NCBI GenBank assembly: GCA_036446455.1
Contig: JAZFSZ010000115.1
Location: 267-64,266, forward strand
Direction: 5' to 3'
DNA: 64,000 nt
Source of the DNA: Acidiferrobacterales bacterium
Lineage (GTDB): Bacteria > Pseudomonadota > Gammaproteobacteria > Acidiferrobacterales > JAJDNE01
The notes under the pieces are model-generated. The model saw nothing but the letters and a program-made list of their open reading frames with translations, was not told where the DNA came from and searched no databases. Shown in pieces: positions 62,337 through 64,000 of the stretch; the first letter of the stretch is position 1; every line of letters starts with the position of its first letter. The position numbers and the translations under genes were made by a program.

Positions 62337-62642
62337 TTAGATATTTTTGTGGGTGCCATCACAAAACGGTTTGCCCCCGGTTTGTTTGCAACCACAAAGG
62401 TAGACCATTTTTTTCTCGTCAATTTTGAAGACCAACGGCTGCAGATTGGTAACTTGGTGTGAGCCATCGCAGAACGGCTGGTTCTGGGAGCGGCCACAGG
62501 CGCACCAGTAATAGGTGCCGGGCTCAAGCTCAACCGCATAAGGTTCTTTTTGTGCAATCCTGGCTTCTGACAATTGTTGTGTCCTCGCTGTTGCGGGCCT
62601 CAGCTCCAAAAGCCGAATTTTAATGTTGATATTATTCAGCAA
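62337..62642 (-). CDS. CDGSH-type iron-sulfur domain protein (two CDGSH motifs)
   Basis: CACGRSQNQPFCDGSH and CGCKQTGGKPFCDGTH, two zf-CDGSH 2Fe-2S motifs. The start is uncertain: TTG at 62642 is the longest option and no ATG is available upstream of motif 1. Confidence 0.8.
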   Translation of the reverse strand: MLNNINIKIRLLELRPATARTQQLSEARIAQKEPYAVELEPGTYYWCACGRSQNQPFCDGSHQVTNLQPLVFKIDEKKMVYLCGCKQTGGKPFCDGTHKNI

Positions 62643-62689
62643 AATTGAATGCTGTGCGGCAGTCTAGGCTTGTGGTTTTTCCAGTGATA

Positions 62690-62703
62690 GCGAATAATTT
62701 CGC
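62690..62703. promoter_or_regulatory. inverted repeat GCGAA-taat-TTCGC in the LysR / CDGSH divergent intergenic region (candidate LysR-type operator)
   Basis: Read directly. Perfect 5-4-5 dyad, 25 nt upstream of the LysR ATG and 48 nt upstream of the CDGSH ORF start. Confidence 0.35.
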
Positions 62704-62727
62704 AAATCTTGTTCAGAATACCTGAAT

Positions 62728-63666
62728 ATGCGTCTGACACTGGATTCTCTTGCCATACTCGATGCCATCGACCGTCGCGGCAGCTTCGCTGCTGCTGCCG
62801 ACGAATTGCATCGGGTGCCATCGGCCGTAACCTATTCCATTAGCAAGCTGGAGGACGACCTTGATGTCGCCCTGTTTGATCGCAGCGGCCATCGCGCCGA
62901 GCTCACCGAGGCCGGTCGTGAGTTACTGCAGGAGGGGCGGCACCTGTTACGCGCGGCGGCCAGCCTCGAGGGTCGGGTCAAACGCGTCGCCACCGGCTGG
63001 GAAGCCGAACTACGCATTGCTGTCAGCGACCTGGTTAACATGCACAAGGTGTTTGAGCTGGCTGAGGAATTTTATGCGCAGCAAAGTGGCACCCGGTTAA
63101 AACTTATCGAGGAGAGCTATGGCGGGACCTGGGATGCGCTGGTATCTGATCGCGCTGATCTCATTATCGGCGCGCCGGGAGAAGGTCCGCCGGGGGGTGG
63201 TTACGCCACACGTCCTATGCGTGAGATGGTGTTCGTATTTGTTGTGACACCCGGCCACCCATTGGCCACCCTGCCCGAGCCTTTGAAAAGCAGCGATATT
63301 CTTCTGCACCGTTCCGTATCCGCCGCCGATAGCTCGCGAAATCTGCCCCCGCGATCGTCCGGCCTGCTCTCCGGGCAGGAAGTGCTGACGGTCACCGATA
63401 TGGTTGCCAAATACGAAGCGCAGCGCATGGGGCTGGGTGTAGGCTTTCTGCCCGTATCGTGGGTACAACAAGACGTGGCTGCAGGTGACCTGGTGATCAA
63501 GCAGGTGGAGGATAACAAGGAGGGCGGTTTGGGCGTTGTGGCCTGGCGAACGGAGCATCAGGGTCGCGCCTTGCACTGGTTTCTGCGGCAGCTGGAAGAC
63601 CCCGATGTGATTAGTGGTCTGCTGGCGCCGCCTTCCTGCCTCAATCAATTGGCAGGTAATTCGTGA
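62728..63666 (+). CDS. LysR-family transcriptional regulator (YhaJ-like)
   Basis: The N-terminal HTH LDAIDRRGSFAAAADELHRVPSAVTYSISKLEDDLDVALFDRSGHR matches my recollection of the YhaJ subfamily. The C-terminal part is a substrate-binding fold. It is divergent from the pirin/CDGSH operon. Confidence 0.85.
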   Translation: MRLTLDSLAILDAIDRRGSFAAAADELHRVPSAVTYSISKLEDDLDVALFDRSGHRAELTEAGRELLQEGRHLLRAAASLEGRVKRVATGWEAELRIAVSDLVNMHKVFELAEEFYAQQSGTRLKLIEESYGGTWDALVSDRADLIIGAPGEGPPGGGYATRPMREMVFVFVVTPGHPLATLPEPLKSSDILLHRSVSAADSSRNLPPRSSGLLSGQEVLTVTDMVAKYEAQRMGLGVGFLPVSWVQQDVAAGDLVIKQVEDNKEGGLGVVAWRTEHQGRALHWFLRQLEDPDVISGLLAPPSCLNQLAGNS

Positions 63667-63932
63667 CAGCGGTCAATGTCCGTTACGACAATGCAATGAA
63701 AACACATACTTAGCATTTGCAAGCAAAATACTTTATTCACATGGCTAGGCAGACCAAAAAAAGTGTGTTACGTCGCCCCTCGCCATCTCGAGATGTTCAG
63801 CATTTTCAGCCAACTATTTTATAAGTTGTTGTTGTTAAAGCCTTTTATTAAAACGATTATTTTTTCAGCAAACTAACAAATTTCCTTTACTGATAAGTGC
63901 TTCCGTCAGCGAAAAAGGATTAACTCACAAGG

Positions 63933-63941
63933 TTATCCACA
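63933..63941 (+). promoter_or_regulatory. perfect DnaA-box consensus TTATCCACA
   Basis: Exact 9/9 match to the E. coli-type DnaA box in an AT-rich non-coding region. It is nested between the 7-bp inverted arms ACTCACA (63923-63929) and TGTGAGT (63947-63953). Confidence 0.4.
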
Positions 63942-64000
63942 GCTTCTGTGAGTAACTTTGTTCTCTTTTTATTACAACAAGTTGTCGATTCTGTTTCATA

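Noticed and set aside
63667-64000. Calling the terminal AT-rich region oriC.
   Set aside because: There is only one perfect DnaA box, no GATC sites at all in the stretch, no recognisable 13-mer DUE repeats, and the usual flanking genes (dnaA, rpmH, gidA, mioC) are not visible. The window ends too soon to judge.

Overview
This is a dense, almost entirely coding 64-kb chromosomal segment that looks gammaproteobacterial. The gene order ponA / pilMNOPQ / aroK-aroB / gltB-gltD / hemE matches the arrangement I recall from Pseudomonas-type genomes.

Left to right:
- hemL (truncated at the left edge), thiE, thiD and hemH on the minus strand.
- A 54-aa rubredoxin gene that is missing from the ORF track.
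- A membrane-anchored sigma-54-activator-like regulator with a degenerate ATPase.
- A beta-oxidation cluster: fadE-like, thiolase, hydratase/dehydrogenase and acyl-CoA synthetase.
- argS plus a SPOR protein.
- A CHASE2 adenylate cyclase head-to-head with a ~1670-aa secreted NHL/FN3/TPR/transglutaminase-like protein and a small TPR partner.
- PBP1A with a translationally coupled small ORF.
- The type IV pilus alignment/secretin genes pilMNOPQ.
- aroK, aroB, a dGTPase-like HD protein, gltBD and hemE.
- An S1 protease, a degenerate GGDEF protein and a small OM beta-barrel.
- sfsA, ybbP-ybbA / tesA, and an Rrf2 regulator.
- Two uncharacterised membrane proteins, a fructosamine kinase and a hemolysin-III family protein.
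- A rhombosortase with an adjacent GlyGly-CTERM lipoprotein and a TPR protein.
- A quinone/redox-stress cluster (nitroreductase, yqjG, DoxX, pirin, CDGSH protein) under a divergent LysR regulator.

The window ends in an AT-rich non-coding stretch that carries a perfect DnaA-box consensus. I saw no rRNA, tRNA, CRISPR array, transposase, integrase or obvious defence island.

The most interesting candidates are:
- the CHASE2-cyclase / giant secreted protein module;
- the pseudo-enhancer-binding protein;
- the rhombosortase / dual-anchored lipoprotein pair;
- the I-site-retaining degenerate GGDEF protein.

All functional calls rest on my reading of motifs in the translations. No database search was run.
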